Source: Dicyema japonicum (lineage: Eukaryota > Animalia > Dicyemida). From it: DNA of 64,000 bases. Position 1 is the first letter of the stretch. The number at the start of each line of letters is the position of its first letter. The stretch covers positions 1,161,071 to 1,225,070 of the forward strand of contig RDEW01000003.1 in the NCBI GenBank assembly GCA_011109175.1, written 5' to 3'. This document shows positions 63,901 to 64,000 of the stretch, piece by piece. The position numbers were made by a program, and so were the translations under genes. Under the pieces are notes generated by a model that worked only from the letters and a program-made list of their open reading frames with translations, searched no databases and was not told the origin of the DNA.

Positions 63901-64000
63901 CAAGCTACGTCAAATTCTGTGTCCAAGGAAAGTCCAGTAGGGTGACGTAGGATTTCCCCGACGAGATAACTACAGCTCGAAAGCGACGATAAGTAAGCCG

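Noticed and set aside
1-64000. CRISPR arrays, operons or prokaryotic defence systems
   Set aside because: No regularly spaced repeat-spacer array, and all genes are intron-containing animal-type genes.
1-64000. Most 60-130 aa ORFs in the supplied track as independent genes
   Set aside because: They are antisense or off-frame shadows of exons and transposon fragments, or low-complexity AT-rich frames.
1-64000. Myxozoan origin suggested by the cnidarian-like mucin architecture and small introns
   Set aside because: Intact motile-cilium genes argue against it. Not excluded without taxonomy data.

Overview
AT-rich animal genomic DNA, not prokaryotic, and dense in degraded transposable elements. 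The real genes are hidden from the ORF track because they are split by very small spliceosomal introns, mostly 20-31 nt. Gene models built by hand-splicing: (1) CFAP126/Flattop; (2) an orphan 77-aa acidic protein present as two inverted copies; (3) a SMYD-family SET/MYND pseudogene; (4) an intact two-dsRBM ADAR-like gene that has lost all three zinc ligands; (5) an ~8.3 kb mosaic surface protein (signal peptide, cadherin-like region, EGF, TSP1, NIDO-AMOP-vWD, about 17-20 EGFs, TSP1, TM); (6) an EPN-type C-type lectin; (7) LRRC56, which has a GC-AG intron; (8) an SLC17-type transporter running into a 520-nt gap. There is one intact tRNA-Asp and two degenerate tRNA-Glu copies. The repeats include many 3' fragments of CRE-like non-LTR elements, RTE and R4-like fragments, hAT, pogo and Tc1 remnants, and a tRNA-derived SINE. 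They also include an Ingi/Vingi-like LINE family with a 2A/StopGo motif, an AUG-less structured 5' leader showing a compensatory base change, and internally deleted derivatives. Tiny introns plus motile-cilium genes fit a dicyemid-like mesozoan best; this is an inference, not an identification. All alignments and translations were done by eye, so repeat boundaries are approximate.
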